Assembly (NCBI GenBank): GCA_965203295.1
Contig: CBDBCZ010000013.1
Location: 224,001 to 288,000, forward strand
DNA from: Nitrospirales bacterium
GTDB taxonomy: Bacteria; Nitrospirota; Nitrospiria; Nitrospirales; UBA8639
Direction of reading: 5' to 3'
Length of the DNA: 64,000 nucleotides
Shown: positions 37,301 through 52,300 of the stretch, piece after piece
How positions within the stretch are numbered: the stretch's first letter is position 1
Layout of the letters: each line of letters begins with the position of its first letter
Made by a program: the position numbers and the translations under genes
The notes under the pieces: generated by a model
Told to the model about the DNA's origin: nothing
The model's input: only the letters and a program-made list of their open reading frames with translations
Database searches by the model: none

Positions 37301-40300
37301 ATCACATAAAGTAGTCTTGTTATTTGTTTCTTATAGGCTTCCAGGTGCTGCCAATCAAGAGATGTTTCATAGTTTTTTCATCAGAGTGGCTGATAAGAAC
37401 TCCAGCCGTGCTCCTGATTTCATCATTGAGTTCCTGCAAGTCGGAGTGAATGGGCTGTTTTCTGTCCTTGTTAGCCAAGATACAGAAGTAGTTCAAAAAT
37501 TTGAACTTGGTCTTCGAGAATTTATTGAAAAGAATTTGACAAGGGATAGACTTCTCTATCTAACTAAACGAATGATGGTAAGTTAGATGCATTACTCATC
37601 ATGGTTAGCTCAACCAACTCGGAGTACCCACTAATTTAACTCTTTTTCTGTTCTCAGTTTTTAAGAAATATTTTTTGAAAGTGAATTTTCCCCTCATTTT
37701 GTATATAGTTATAAATTATTTTAACTTAACAATTTGTATTTGACTTCAATTATTGCCTTACAGAAATGGGTTGAAGACAAGGAAAACAGTTTTCAGGATG
37801 TTGTTCTAACAGCAATATACAAGGTATGCCAAAAATTCTCATTTCCACAGTACAGCATCATCAAAGATGCATTCTCAATACAGGAAATAAAGCCAGGTGC
37901 CCGGGACCTTCTAGAAGTACCCATATACGCCTCTGCTATTGAAGTAACTGTTAATGTACTAAAGAAGGATCCAACATGGCCCTTGCAGAAGCAACTGTCT
38001 GTTAAACAAAAGTTTTGTCTCAGATTCATTAACACTTGTTGTATACGGATCCCAGTCAGTAATACCTCACTTGAGTGGATGACGCAATACTCAGCCCTCA
38101 TTCTTGAAATTGGTAGTGTTTTCTGCTCTTTTTCTTCGATGAGGAAAGCAGATGGAATGGAAACTCTCCTATCACAATCCATTCCATCAAAAGTGTCCAA
38201 AAATGATCTCGTGGTACAGTACTTTAGCTGGATTCAAAGGCTTCATAAAATGCTTTCAAACTGGAAAAGTAGACTTGAAACTGAGACTGCAAACTATGAT
38301 GAAATTTCCTGGTATTCCCATAACCAGCGCCAAATTCACGAACTTGCTCAAGCCGTTTCTGCAGATGGTGTTGTGGTAACTGCTCACAAACTTTCAGAGC
38401 TTCGCAGCACTTTCCTGCAGAATTTCGAAGAGCTGAATATACTACTATTGAGATACATTTCCACTGACCCTAAAGGAGGCTGGTAGGTTGTAGATAATAT
38501 TATAATACATTGTGCATTGGTTGTAGAAAATAATATAATGGGGTATAGACATAGTGTATTTGAGCATGCCATTGAGAGATATCACCCTGCAAATAGTGAT
38601 CGTAAAACAGACAGAATAGTGTTCTTTTTCGACCTGGGACTACCACAACTCTCTTTTTTGTCACTTAGGTGCTCTTTGGTGTACGTACTGTCTCAGTTTG
38701 GATTGGAACTTCCTCTGGAAATCAAATCAATGCTTGAAAACTATGTTGTCTTTCCAGACGAGTATGAAAAGAAATCCGCTAGCCTGAAGCTCATAAAGAA
38801 TCCTCCCACCCCCTGTACTGATGGAAAGTTCAGTCCACACAACCAACGTGTTCAGCTCCGGCTCACACAGAGTATGGGTCTTTCTACCCTCTGGGCTCTT
38901 GTTGAACTTCTGAGTACTTTTCTAGAGCCACTCAAACCATACTTGGACCTCATCGTGTACTTCAAGTTGTACCCCAGCAAATTATTTGACACATATATCC
39001 GTCATGAACTATCTGGTACAAAGACTGTTTCTCTCCCTCTACTAACTGAGGCCCTAAAGCAAACAGAAATTTTACTGCAAAGAGTTCTGAATGGAACAGC
39101 GATGTACGGTGAAATAACAGCTGCAGGCTGTCTTGCATTGGAATCACTTGATATAGATGGAGAGTTTAGCACTGTGTTGCAATGCTCAAGATTTACCTCA
39201 CGTGAGACCTCAGGACTTACTGGAATGAAGAATCTTTTGAAACTCCTTCAATTTGTATCTCATATTCAAACTATTAACAAAATTTGTCAGCAATATCATC
39301 TTGAAGAATGCAAGAATGACCCTCAGCTTGAAGTACTCAATGGAATTTCCGAAAGGCTGAGTAATAAAGCAGAGCGAGACAAGTTATCTCCAGAAATAGC
39401 TAATCCAATCTGGCAGACAGTCTGTGCAGCCCTTTGCCTTAAAGAAGATGCAAACCCAAAGAGCTTAGAATTGCTTTCAAAAGTTGCAGACAGTACAGAT
39501 TTCTTTAAGTTTCTTGAAGAGAAAAAATTTACAGGTGGAAATGCCAGTGTTCGATTCCGTCAGCAGTTTGAACTCATTACTGCACAATTACAGCATGAGG
39601 AGTATTGTGATGTGGTGCTGAATCATTTGTTAGCAGCTTTTGGATTTATTTCACCATTCCTGGACCGCAGCCACAACTTAAAGTCTTTAATGTCATCCAT
39701 TGCTGCTCTTGAGTTACCTGAAGGACTACCCCAACTTGAGACTGTGAAATGCAACATGCATCAGATTCGATATTGGTTTTCTCGAGCAGAGGACACATTG
39801 GAGAATGTCTCCAGTGAACTTGACGACATTTTGTGTGGTGGAAATTATCAAGTGGTTAGTTCCTCAGTTTCTGGAAGGAGCCGTCTGCAGCTTATGTTGG
39901 AGTATGAATCATTTAGATCGATTTCAGCAAGACGACCACGAAGCTCTTCGGTTAACTTTGGCGCATCTGCTCCAAAAGAGATTCAGCGTACAAGGTCACA
40001 GCTCGGGCCAGTCAAAGAAAAACTTTCAAGTGCACAAATAGATGACTTCGTTCGGCAGCTTGGTTTTTTGGATGCTCACAAAGATGAACAGAGAGTGCAG
40101 AACTTTCTTCATCTCCATGAGGTACTTTTTACATTTTTATTTAGTCACTTGTACTAATAACCCTATTCTATGCAGGTTGCCACTCGGCTATTGGAATTGT
40201 TTGTGAAACTTAAAGAACTAGGTCATCCAAGTTTTTCACAGCCACAATTTACATACACACTGGAGTGTTCCACTTCTTTATGGGATGCTGATGAAAAGGT

Positions 40301-43300
40301 CTGTAAATTAATGCTGGAATTTCAGTTATATTGATGATATGCTGATCTTTGTCATTGTTATACTGATTGACAGGTTTCCAAAGCTGAGAGTACCTTGATG
40401 GAATGGATCAACACAATGGAAGAGCTGCACAGCAGTTATAAATGGCTCCTGTTTTTCAGAGTTCCCAAGCTCATGATTCTCTGTGACCTCTTAAGAGCAG
40501 ATAAGCCTTGTGTATCTGAAATAGTTCAAGAAATCGGCTTCCTCTTCCAGAGAGATGCAGCGTCCAGAGCACTTCTTCAAAATGTAGTCAGGGTAAGCCA
40601 GTTTATGATACAGTTGATGACTGATTATGTGAATATTGTCAGTGGCACTCTTCTACATTCAGTTTTATATTCATGTTCATGTTCAACCTCACATGGCTTG
40701 GGTATGAGGTATAGTCCAACTGGCCTTGTGTCAATCTGGCCAGCAAGACAAGCTACGAGGGCCAGCAAGCCATGCCAGATACATGTGTATGCTTCTTTGA
40801 CTTGCATTTAGACTATCTAGTGTCATTCCCTGACCATCTAGCACCTATACGTCAAACATTATGTAGCATCATGCTACAGCTTCTACTGGCACCTAATACC
40901 TGAGCCTTTTCATGTAAAGCCCTATATACATGACTGTAATTTGTGTTATTGCTACTGCCAAATGAATGGTTTTGGCAAAGTGTGCACATTTTGCTAACAA
41001 TTTTTACTATACAATGTCATACATTAGCAGTTGAGGATTATTTTCGATATGTGATGCAAAATATAGTGTAACTCAACGTACTTAACATTTTATCGTAGAA
41101 AACAGAAGGAATAACTCAACTGATGTTGGCCTGTCTTCACGGTGGACTGCAACATGTACAAGTGTTACTCAAGGCTGGAACTGATGTGAATCAACACAGC
41201 AAGGTATGCAACTCTACCTTGTCTGAAGTCTATTTGTATTGTCAACATTATGGTATCCTGAGAGTGTTCATTGATATGTGATCATTTTATGCCACTGTAT
41301 CAGTCATCTAAGACATTGAGTGGCTGTTGCAGTAGTACCTCTATCTGCCGTATAGATTCACACCAACCCTGCATTAAGCACTTCTTGTCTTTGTATGTAC
41401 AGGAGCGCCACTTTACCGCCCTCATGGTTGCCGCACAGTCTGGACATACTAAAATCGTGCAGAAGCTTCTAGATCATGGGGCTAACACCAGTGCAAGAAA
41501 TAAGGTGAAAATACTAAAAAAAAAACATGGCTAGCTGTGAACATTTAACCAACTCTGCTCATGCTTTATTTTTGTAATACAGTGGTGGTGTTATGCATAG
41601 ATGTATAGCAGTGGTCACAGCTCTGCCTAAAAGCACAAAATTGAATGTACACTGTAATAGCTATAGCATTTCCCAGGGTTTCATACAGGGGGGCACCCTG
41701 GGACTCCCCCCCCCCCCCCCCCCCCCCCCCAGCAAAAGTCCCCCCGACCCCCCCCTTCCCCAGGATTTTGAACTGTTAACATATTGAACTTATGGTTCAA
41801 CACAGGCTTGGGGTAGTTACATATATACACTGCACATGTAAACTGCCAAAAATTAATCTCAGGGCAGTTTGTTTTGTACAAATTTTCTGGGGGGCAATAT
41901 CAGGGGTTCATTTAGTGAAAGGGAGGCATTCACCCCCCATTGCCAAAACCTCCTCCCCCTCTCTTGAATTTGGTTGCCAATGTTTCATACGCATGTATTT
42001 TATTAACAGTGTCAGCAAATTTACCACAATAAGTTTACTTGAAAGTGCTTCAGAAGTGATCTCAATTTTAAAACTTTTTCTGGGGGAGCATGCCCTAGCA
42101 TGACATGTGCAGTGATAACGAACCCCGGCTGGAATGCCCCCACACCCCCCTACAAGGACATTTGCTTTTCTAAAAAAGTTTCCCACCCCCAGCAAAAAAT
42201 CAACCCTGCACTTAGTTCTATATCATCATGGAATACAATTAGACAGCTTTGTTTTTGTTGTTTACAGGATGGGTACACTGCACTGGATTTTGCAACTGCA
42301 GAGGACCATGTGGAAGTTCAAGAGCTGCTAAAAGACCAAAGTACAAATCTACCTCAAGAACATTCAGAGGTGAGTATTTAGCAATTACATCTTTTGATCT
42401 AATACATTCATGCTCACAATTCTTATTGTAGAGTGCCACAGAAACCTACCAATTAAAGGAAACACTATCACAAGAAAGTGCTCAGAAGTCTGCAATGGAT
42501 GTAGTGGGCTCATTTCTGGATAGCATCTTCAATAAAGATGGTGTAGCGGATTGCTCACTGCCAATGCGAAGCGAAACGATCTCTGGTTCACGATATCAGA
42601 TGCTAACCAGCTCGTCACCGATATCAAGCACTTTCCACAGTGCCCCTGGTTTCACCCAAGGACAACTTATCAGACTTATCTTGGAAGTGTACGGAGGTTC
42701 ACCTAATGCCTTTCAAGTTCTTCGCTGTACGCCGGTGACTGTAGAGCAAGATCTGAGGCTGTTTATGAAAAGGGCTACTCAACACCCAATGTGTCAGTAC
42801 CTCGTACTTGGAGTTAACACTCTACCATTTCAGCTTCAAGAAGTATGTCATACTACTTCAATCTCATCAATTAACTTTATGGTCCTGTTGAATTCTTCAT
42901 TCTTTAGGTTTTGCTGCGGCTCTACTTGGATCTGAGACACAAACCCATTGAGGGTGTACAAACCTGTTTACACTTCATTGAAACTGCTCCTTCTATTCTG
43001 AGAGAAGTGCCATGGCTCTCAGTTGTGGAGCATAAGGTTAGTCTGGGGCCATATTGATCATACCAGGGAGTGGTTTAAAATTAGAACATCATTCCTTAGA
43101 AAGGCACTAATAATAATTTTAGTGGTCTTTCAGCAGACTCACATAATGCTTGTATTTGTCTGGGTAAGATAGTAAAGGCAGCATAAAAATGTCCACCTTA
43201 GGATTAGTGTTGGTTTTGTGCCTAGTAAAATGTCCTGGTTCACTCTTTTCCACCATTTTTATCTCAAATAAGGGAGAAGCAGAATCTTATAATTGTCCTC

Positions 43301-46300
43301 AGTGATTGACTTATCTCTTTATTTAAGGCGTCATCAAGTGACATTGTCCATCCAAAAGCAACAGTGAAAGCAAACACTGAGTTCAAATGTATACACCTTG
43401 TGTATGGCCTTCCAGGTAAACTATAGGCTATGTATGTCCATTTTGGTCAGTCAGTAAGATTTAATCAAGATTATATAAATTAAATTTTTCCAGCCACAAG
43501 AGTGTAAGAGCATATAGGCCCGTGATGCAGGCAGAATACTCTAGTGCTGCTAGTATTGTGAATAGTATTTAAGCCCAGTCTGGTTAGTTGTAGCTTATCA
43601 TAACTATAGCTCAGCAGTAGGTTTTGCTTTACAAAATGGTCTGACTGTATTTACTACAGTTCAATTGCTCTGCCCTTTTCATCAGTTGTACACTCTTACT
43701 CTCTTAGGCTTTGAAAAATTTTATTTATACACTCTTGATTTAAGACAGCAACTAATCTAGACAGACATCTTGCAGCTATTGCATGTGCTAGCTTTACTCA
43801 GTAGTAATAATCACGGTCATTATTTGCTACAGATGACACCTAGATATAATAATTATGTTTATTTTAGCAAGAAGTTTCTATATCCTCTGTATAGGGAATG
43901 GAAAAACGCACTACACTTCTGAGAAATTAAAGTCTATTTCCACAAGCAGCCAAATTACAATTGCAGTCAATGAAGCATTCAGTTGCATCAGTGCTATCGA
44001 AAAGCTATGCACTCTTCCACTGAATGCAACAGGATGTGCCATATTCTTCAACTTTACTATGCTTCCGCCAGTGGTAAGAGATTCTGCATATATAATCATA
44101 CTCTCTTCTTAGTTTGATACTCTCATGGCAGTGATGTCGATCGTTCTTCGTCACAAGCGTTAAGTGATAACTATCCTGTGTTCCTGCAGGACTCTGCACA
44201 TAAAAAGGAGAAAGCACATTACTGCAGTTTGATGCAAGACATTGGCTGGTTTTTCTTTGATCTGTTAATTTTGGGGTACATAGAGGATCCTGCCACTGGA
44301 AAGTCTTTCCAGGTTCCTGGTGATTTATCTTGGGAAATGTATGTTGAGGTAAGACAGGACAGTTGGTACTATTCCTTTGAGTAGAATGTGTGGCAGTGCT
44401 ATAATTATGTAGAAATGGGATAATAAAACGTCAAGTATTCAATGACATCACAGCACTTTTTTAACACTAAACCTCCAGTAAAGGCGTGCTTCATACACAA
44501 TGTGTAGCTATTTGCACACCACATTTGAACTACACCCTATGCAGTAGTTCACAGAGACAGGTCTTTGATTTGTTTGAAATATGAATTGAATGATAATTAC
44601 TTTCTACATGGGACAGCCACATATTCGGTTTTGTATTCTATAATAGTTTTATGTGTGATTGACATATTTTATATCCTCAGGTTCCTTCCAGAGCTGACAT
44701 GTCAGCAGAAGATGCTCTTGAGTACTTCAAAAATGAAATACCCACATTGGGACTCCTTGGTAGTCCAGTTCTGATTGACACCAACAGAGATTACAGCATT
44801 GATGATGATGTCCAGCTTGTTTGCAAGTATTTGAAAGCGTATGATTCAAAGAAGATTGATAGACTTTACAAAGAACGTACGTAAGCAGTCTCATTTTCAT
44901 TTAGCGCTTTTAAAATTATTATAACTGCAAAACTTTCTGCTTGCACAAAATTTTACAGGTGGACCTCTTGTAAAGTTTAGTGAACAACAACAGCTTCCAA
45001 CTGAAGAATGCAAATCACTTCTACAAAAATACATGCCCACTCACATCAAGAAAGAGAAAATCACTCAAAAGCTCTTCGTCAAGTAAGTTACGTAGGCTCC
45101 ACAAAATTGCTTCTTCATAACTCAGTGGTAAGGTGTATGTATCATCTGGAAACGTGTATGTATGTATAGGTACATGAAAAGGCGATGTGTGTTTCTCGAC
45201 AACTTGCCTGCATTCAATTACAACACTGGACGTGGTGAGTACGTTAAAGGAAAAAAGAAACATAGCACAACTGATACCAGACATTTGGGCTCTACCTTGA
45301 TGGAGACAATGTTGAAAGAAGTATCTGACTTCTGTGATCCTGCCATCAAGGAAGGCTGGTCACAAAGACCTCACCAACAAGTAAGTGTAGCCTTGTTTGT
45401 GTTTGGGCACTTCTCAATATTTAAATACAGCTTTATGGTTCTTGGCTGATATGTAACAGCAATGAGGTATTCACATGTACTAACATTTTTTATGCATATG
45501 TTGCTGCATCATCCTATACAGCTGATTTACGATTTCAAGGATGGTGGTGGCAGTCTTGATTTGATATCATTGTTACCTGATGAGCTATCACAACAAGAAA
45601 AAATGAAATTTAGCAAAATTGGAGTGCAAATTCCTTCAATGAGGCAAGCAGTCACAATTGGCCATTGTATACAGTATGCTCATAATAGACACATTTTTCT
45701 TTCCATTTGTGCAGGGATCTGTATTCCAGAGCACGGTTGGATACATACTTATCTAGAGCCCTCAATGTTCCTCTCCAGTACGGTCGACTTTCTCCAATTG
45801 ATGAAAGACAGTACGTGCTTACCCTTGATTACACACTGAAGATGCTGAACATCCACGAGAGATATGAATGTGGAATACCGGTAATTATTGAGGGAGAGAC
45901 GGGAGTCGGAAAAACAGCTCTTGTGGGAATGCTTTCTCAACTCTGGAATCACTCTTGGCTGTCACAGTGGGACCTAAGCAAAAATCGCATTGTCGATTCA
46001 ATGAAAAGGAAATTAGGAGGTATACCTAAGTAGTATTTGTCATGTACACATTTTTGAGTATTGTTTTTTTTTTACAGATCCTTCGATGGACAATGTTGAA
46101 GAATCTGTGCGTGCAGTGTGTGTGGAAGCGGTTTATAACTTGAGTGCAGGAAATGATGTTTCAGAGGATGTGCTCGATACTATAGGACAGCTTCCGAGTT
46201 CTAGTCATATCCCATATTATTATACAGTCCTCAATAGTCACTTGGAGATGTTGAACGGAGACCCCATTCTCTCCATGCTGGATATTGAAAGTGTGACCCT

Positions 46301-49300
46301 TGCTGAGGCTTTCAATGCTATTACTGAAAAAAGTTGTTCATCCAAGGTAGAACTGCATGCTCTTCTATTGCTAAGTAGACAACGTTTAAGTGCTTACTTT
46401 GCTATTTATTTATTAGTTTCTTATCCCATTGTATTGCTTTGGAAGCAGTATATCAATTGTGGACCCATGCATGACCCTAGAACTAGGTGTTACAACACTT
46501 ATAGCTAGCACTTCAAAACACAATACTGCAGCTCCCAGGTCCTTAGATCTCTATTGAGCTTCTAGAGTCTACACATTCTCTCTTGCCACAGTCCACAGCA
46601 CATCTACTGACTATCCTTTTTAAAGCCAAGATGAAGACTGCCTTCCACAAACTCAATATTCATGCAGGTACTATTAGTATTGTTTAGTAATGATTTGGTC
46701 CTCCTGTCTTGAAGAACACTATCTTTTACAACCCTAGCAATACAGCCAAAGGATATAGAAGAATTTTTTGGGGGTGTATTTGCACAAGCTCAAGAGCTTC
46801 AGCAATCATACGATGCCTGTGATGAATCTAAGAAGCGAAGCTACAGAGTTCCATTTGTTACAGTAAGTTTTTAACACCATACTGCCAAGTGTATAAGTAT
46901 GAAAATATACAAAGTAATATTAGTACATAAGAGTAGATATGAGGGAGGAATCAAAAGTGACAATTACATAGAAAAGTGTATGTGGTCAATGGTGTAAGTG
47001 CTACGGTATAAGGAAATAATCATGTAAACTGTGTTTCCCATTAATTGTGTCCAGGCTATATTCTGTATTCATTGTATATGCACTGATTGTAATATGCGCA
47101 GGCATATTTGGATGAAATCAATACAGCATCATGCTTGGGACTGTTGAAAGAAATTATCATTGACAGAACAATTGAGGGAAAGGTATTAGATTATGGTAAT
47201 AATAGATTGAAATATGTAATCGATGATGATAATATAATTTCTCTTTCTTCTAAAGCCTATCCCCCAGAATGTATTCATCATAGCCTCTTGTAATCCACAC
47301 CGAGGTGATATTCTTGCAGCCATTGAGGATCAGGAGGCCTGGCTGAAAGGAACTTATTACGTCAGAAAACTCCACCCTACCCTCCAATTTCTCATGTGGG
47401 ACTATGGATCCTTGAATATGTACCAGGAACAGGAGTATATAATTGCAAAGCTTGAAATACTCAACCGAAGTAAATCTTCAGAAGAAGCAAGTTTGACTGA
47501 TCTTATAGTTCACAGTCAACAGACAATGCGTGAGTATGCTTACAATCAGCTTCTAGCTTTGCGAACTGTTAACTCACAAGTGGCAAAACTATGTGCAAGG
47601 AGTTCAGTTAGTCAGAGAGACATTCAAAGGGTTTTTACCTTTTATCAGTGGCTGATGAAGTTTTATTCCAAATTTGATCCCCATAAAGAACAACGTGAGA
47701 AGTACCATCGTCGTGCAATGATGGTATCTCTTGGCATAGTATACTACATGCGGCTTAATTCAAAATACCGAAAGGAATATCGGCAATATCTTGACGATTT
47801 TCCTCACTTATTCGGGGAAATTACCTTTTCTCAGGCGATTGAAGATGAACTGCAATGGTTCATTGAACATGTTGAACTTCCTCCTAATATAGCTAAAACT
47901 GAAGCTCTTAAGGAGAATGTTTTTGTTACTATTGCATGTGCAGTAACCCATACCCCTCTTATTATTGTGGGGGATCCTGGTTCCTCAAAGACCCTTTCAT
48001 TTAACATTGCAATTGCTAACCTCAAGGGAAAAGAATCCAGGATTGAAGAGTTTCAAGATACAGATATCTTTCAGTCACTTGACCCTCATTTTTATCAATG
48101 TTCCAGGCGAACAACTTCAAACGAAGTAGCCAAAGTATTCATAAGAGCAATCAATCGACAACAGAGTCTTGCAAAGATTCCGCTACCAATATCCTGTGTG
48201 GTATTCATGGACGAAGCTGGCCTACCAGAGGAAAAACTTGAATCCCTCAAAGTTTTGCACTATTACCTAGATAAACAAGAGGTTTCTTTTGTAGCCATTA
48301 GCAATCACGTCCTTGATGCTGCTAAGACTAACCGAGCAGTCAGTCTCTTTAGACCAAAGGCTAGAGAGGAAGAACTTCGTGAGCTTGCAAGAGAGAACAT
48401 AGTTCCAGCTGGGCAACCACAGTCAGAACTTCATACTGAACAAGTTCGCAGTTTTTGTCGTTCATATAAAACTGTAGTGAGTGACAGCAGGTTCCAAAGC
48501 CTTTTTGGTTTACGAGATTTTATTCACTTTGTGACATATTTGCGTTGCAAACGGAAGGAGCTCTTGAGTCACCAGCTTGTGCTTGAAGCTCTGGAAAGAA
48601 ACTTCAATGGAACAAATGAATTCAAAGAGTTGTGTCACATTTTTAAGGTATAGATTTGTTTTACTTCCATAGTATAGTAATGGATTATGTTAATTTGTGT
48701 GGTGTTCAATATCTCTTTAGATACCTATCGGGGAACTCCATGCCAGGAGTGTCCTTGACATTCTCAAGGACAGTCTGGCGGATCATAGCAGCACAAGAGG
48801 AGATGATATTCATAACAGTATTCAGAGTGAAGTCCGATACAAGCTCATTATTGACCCAAGTGAAGACGATTCTCTGGTGCGGCTTTTGTTTACACATGAA
48901 GTCTTGCAGAGGAAAGCTACACGGCTGTATATTTGCAGTGACTTTCCTGGAGATGAACAGTTAAGGGTAAGTGGAATATCCTATTTTTAAAGGTGTTGTT
49001 AAAAAGTAATCTACTTTTTGATTTGATTTATCACAGGTAAATACCATTGCCCAGATCAGGCACTCAGTTGCAGCAGGTCACACCATTTTGATGTGCCAAA
49101 CTGATGAAATACATGAATGCTTTTATGACCTCTTCAATCAGAGATTTCGTAGCATTGATGACCCAGAACGTGGCACTAGCTACTACACAAATATTGCAAT
49201 TGGTGCTCATTCCAAGCCATGCCGAGTACACCCTGACTTTCAGTGTGTGATTGTTATTAAGGAATCAGAAGTCCAGAACACTCCTGCCCCATTTCTCAAT

Positions 49301-52300
49301 CGCTTTGAAAAGTATTATCTCACACACAAGAGTTTGTTGCAAAACGCTCTCTGCAAAATGCCCCCTTGCCTCAGAATAATGATAGAAGCAGCATATAGCA
49401 AGGTCAGTTCGTGATTGTTTTAGCTGCATGTAAAAACATAATGTCGTAGTTTTTCTATGCAGGCTGCTGAATTTGTATCCTGTGTGAAACGATCCTCACT
49501 GTATGGATATACAAACGAAACTCTGGATTCATTGTTGCTCACGATGCTACCTGTCAACCATGAATATAAATCCTTGCTGGAGTTACAAGGCAATTTAAGT
49601 GATCCTATTGATCAATCTGATGCAAAAATGATTCTATTGAAAGTTTTACTAGAGATGCTTCGGCAGAATTGTGGTTTTCATCTCCCCTTGGTAAGTGTTA
49701 GCCAAAGTGTATTTCTGAATATTTGTGACAGCTTTCCTTTCACACTTTCCTTGTAGTGTTCAGAAGAGGAACTGACAATTGATGTGGGCCATGTATATGA
49801 AATAGTTTTGAAAGATCCAGAGTTTACTGGAGTTATAGCAAAAATAGAACAGCATTCCACACATGTACCTGCATTGGTAGATGAAGCTCTTCTTGTGCTT
49901 CACCGTGGTCCCGAGCCCACTGACAAAGACACACCTTTTGACATCTACACTGATGCACTAATGGTAATTGCAGTCCTGATGCAGTGGCTTGTGGGCTACC
50001 TCTGCACACATCTGATGCAGCTGATGACCCCTGAAGCACTAGCAGTTCACTGTAGTAGTATTCCAAATGCCTACATTCAGAAGTATCTCAAGGCCCAGCA
50101 GCATTTCAGTCTTATCGATCTGGTGGACAATCAACTTGTGCAACTGAAGAGGAATGGCTGGTTAGTTCATGATAATTATTACATGAATTATGTACCTAAT
50201 GCAACCTTTGCTCTTTGAGTAAAAAAGATTACCATGCAGCTTTAGAACTTACAATGAACCCAAAAGAATTTGGGTGGTGTTTAGCTGTGGTAACACTCTA
50301 GTTTTGTAGCTTATTAGAGTTTATTCTATACTGCGAACTACCGTATAGCGGGAAATTTTCGCCAGGGAAAAATTTCGCCAAATCCAGATGTGTAGTATTG
50401 CGGGGAAATTTCGCCAGATTTATTTTCGCGCACATGCGATTGGGCGAAATTAAATTCCGCGGCATTATTAATAATTATTCCTTCAAACGCGGCAGTTTAG
50501 CAGTCTCGAGCAGCTTGGAAAAGTGTCTTGCTGCCGCAGAATCTCCGTTCTCACTAGCGATTTGGACTTCAGTTCATTACTTAGTTTCATGCAAGGCCCT
50601 CTCTTCGCCTTTGTCGCCCCTTCTTGGTGCCGAGCATTGGTAACGGCTACGTTCGCTTCCTTAATCGCCGACGATGGCAACGAAGATGACAGCGCCCCCA
50701 CTGGATCAGGGATCTGTCCACGTGGCAGAACCTGCAAATAACGCAGCAGAGCCATACAGGTAGTCGATGGTAAGCTTCACTTTCGCAGCTACCGTTGACT
50801 ATGTGTAAAAATTTCACCGGTCAAAATTTTTACCCGACAAAATTTTCACCGGTTAAATTTTCGCCGCTTGAACCGACTGGCGAAATTGGCGAAAATTTAC
50901 CCCTGGCGAAAATTTCCCGCTATACGGTATTCCGTTCTCACTATTATCTTGCAACTTTTTTGAAAGGTTTCTACCCTCACAGTTTGCATTTAAAGCTCGA
51001 AGGTCAACTACTGAAATATGTATACTGTAGATTAGTTAAAGTCATTGCTGTGTCAGTGGTCGTGTAACTGGTAGGGTTATCCTTGTTACTTTGGAGTACA
51101 GAGGAATATAGACTACTGTAATACGAGCCATCGCAGTTCTCTCTAGTGGAGGAACATCTTATAGACCTGGCAATTTACTACTGCACTTCTGACTACTCTA
51201 CTCACTACAGGAACAGCTCAGTGTGTCCAACAAAACTCCTCTGCTTTACCCGTTCATCTCCTTTTATTCATCAGCTTCCATCGGAGTATCCCAGTGCTTT
51301 AATAACTGAATCAGTTACTGAGCATCATCAATCTCTGAAGAAGTACATATTTTCTGATCTGGAGCACTTGATGCTGTGCAAAGTTTCCCTAGGACATTCG
51401 CAACCCAAGCTTGAAAAGCTCCTAAACAGATTCGTCAATTCTGACTGCGAAGTGCTGCTACTGATTGCAAACATGCAAGAGATTACAAAAAAGATGATCA
51501 ACCATCTCCGCATTATGATTGAAGAAGCAGAGAACAAGAGATCGAACACAAACAAACTATTTGTGCTTCTACTGCACTTCCCCCCAGTGATGTTCTTTAA
51601 CTCTTGCTACACTTCCCTGTTCTTACAAGGATGGGGGCATCATTACCTTGACACAGTGGCATGCGGTACCCTCACCACCGAAGGTGTAAAAGCTGTGGTA
51701 AACGTCAAGGAATGGTTTTACTACTCATGTTTTCCACATTCTTCTCCCAATTCTTCTGATGATGATCACATGGTTGCTGCTCTTGAAGAGCTTCTTGCAG
51801 AGGCAGTGCCGATAATCGCATCCAGAGTGTCATTTATCATTGTTCAGAATGGAACCACGAGTGTAATGGATGCTTCCCAAAGAACGCAACGTCTTAAAAG
51901 ATTTTTACTCCAGAAAAAGTTGGGTAAATTTCTTGTCGCGAAATTTCGCTCCTACTGGACCCCTACAGTAATGGTAGAACATATACAAAAAGTGCCTAAG
52001 TTGATGTATGCACAAGAATCCACACTAAACATTACAGATTCCATTCAAAGCATCATTAGATCAAAGTTCTTTGATTTCCTAGTGTATGTATTTGCTAGGA
52101 CAAACCAACAACTCTATCTGAGCATCATTCTTGACCAAGATTGCCCTCCTGCTATGGAAGAGCTGTTTTTAGAACTCATGCCAACAATTGGAGTTCCAGA
52201 CCTAACACAATTAAAGGTCTTATGTACCGCCCTTAGGCCTGACTATCATCCAAATAAAGTTGATTACAGTCCCAGATTTCCTTTTTTTGTTTATATATAC

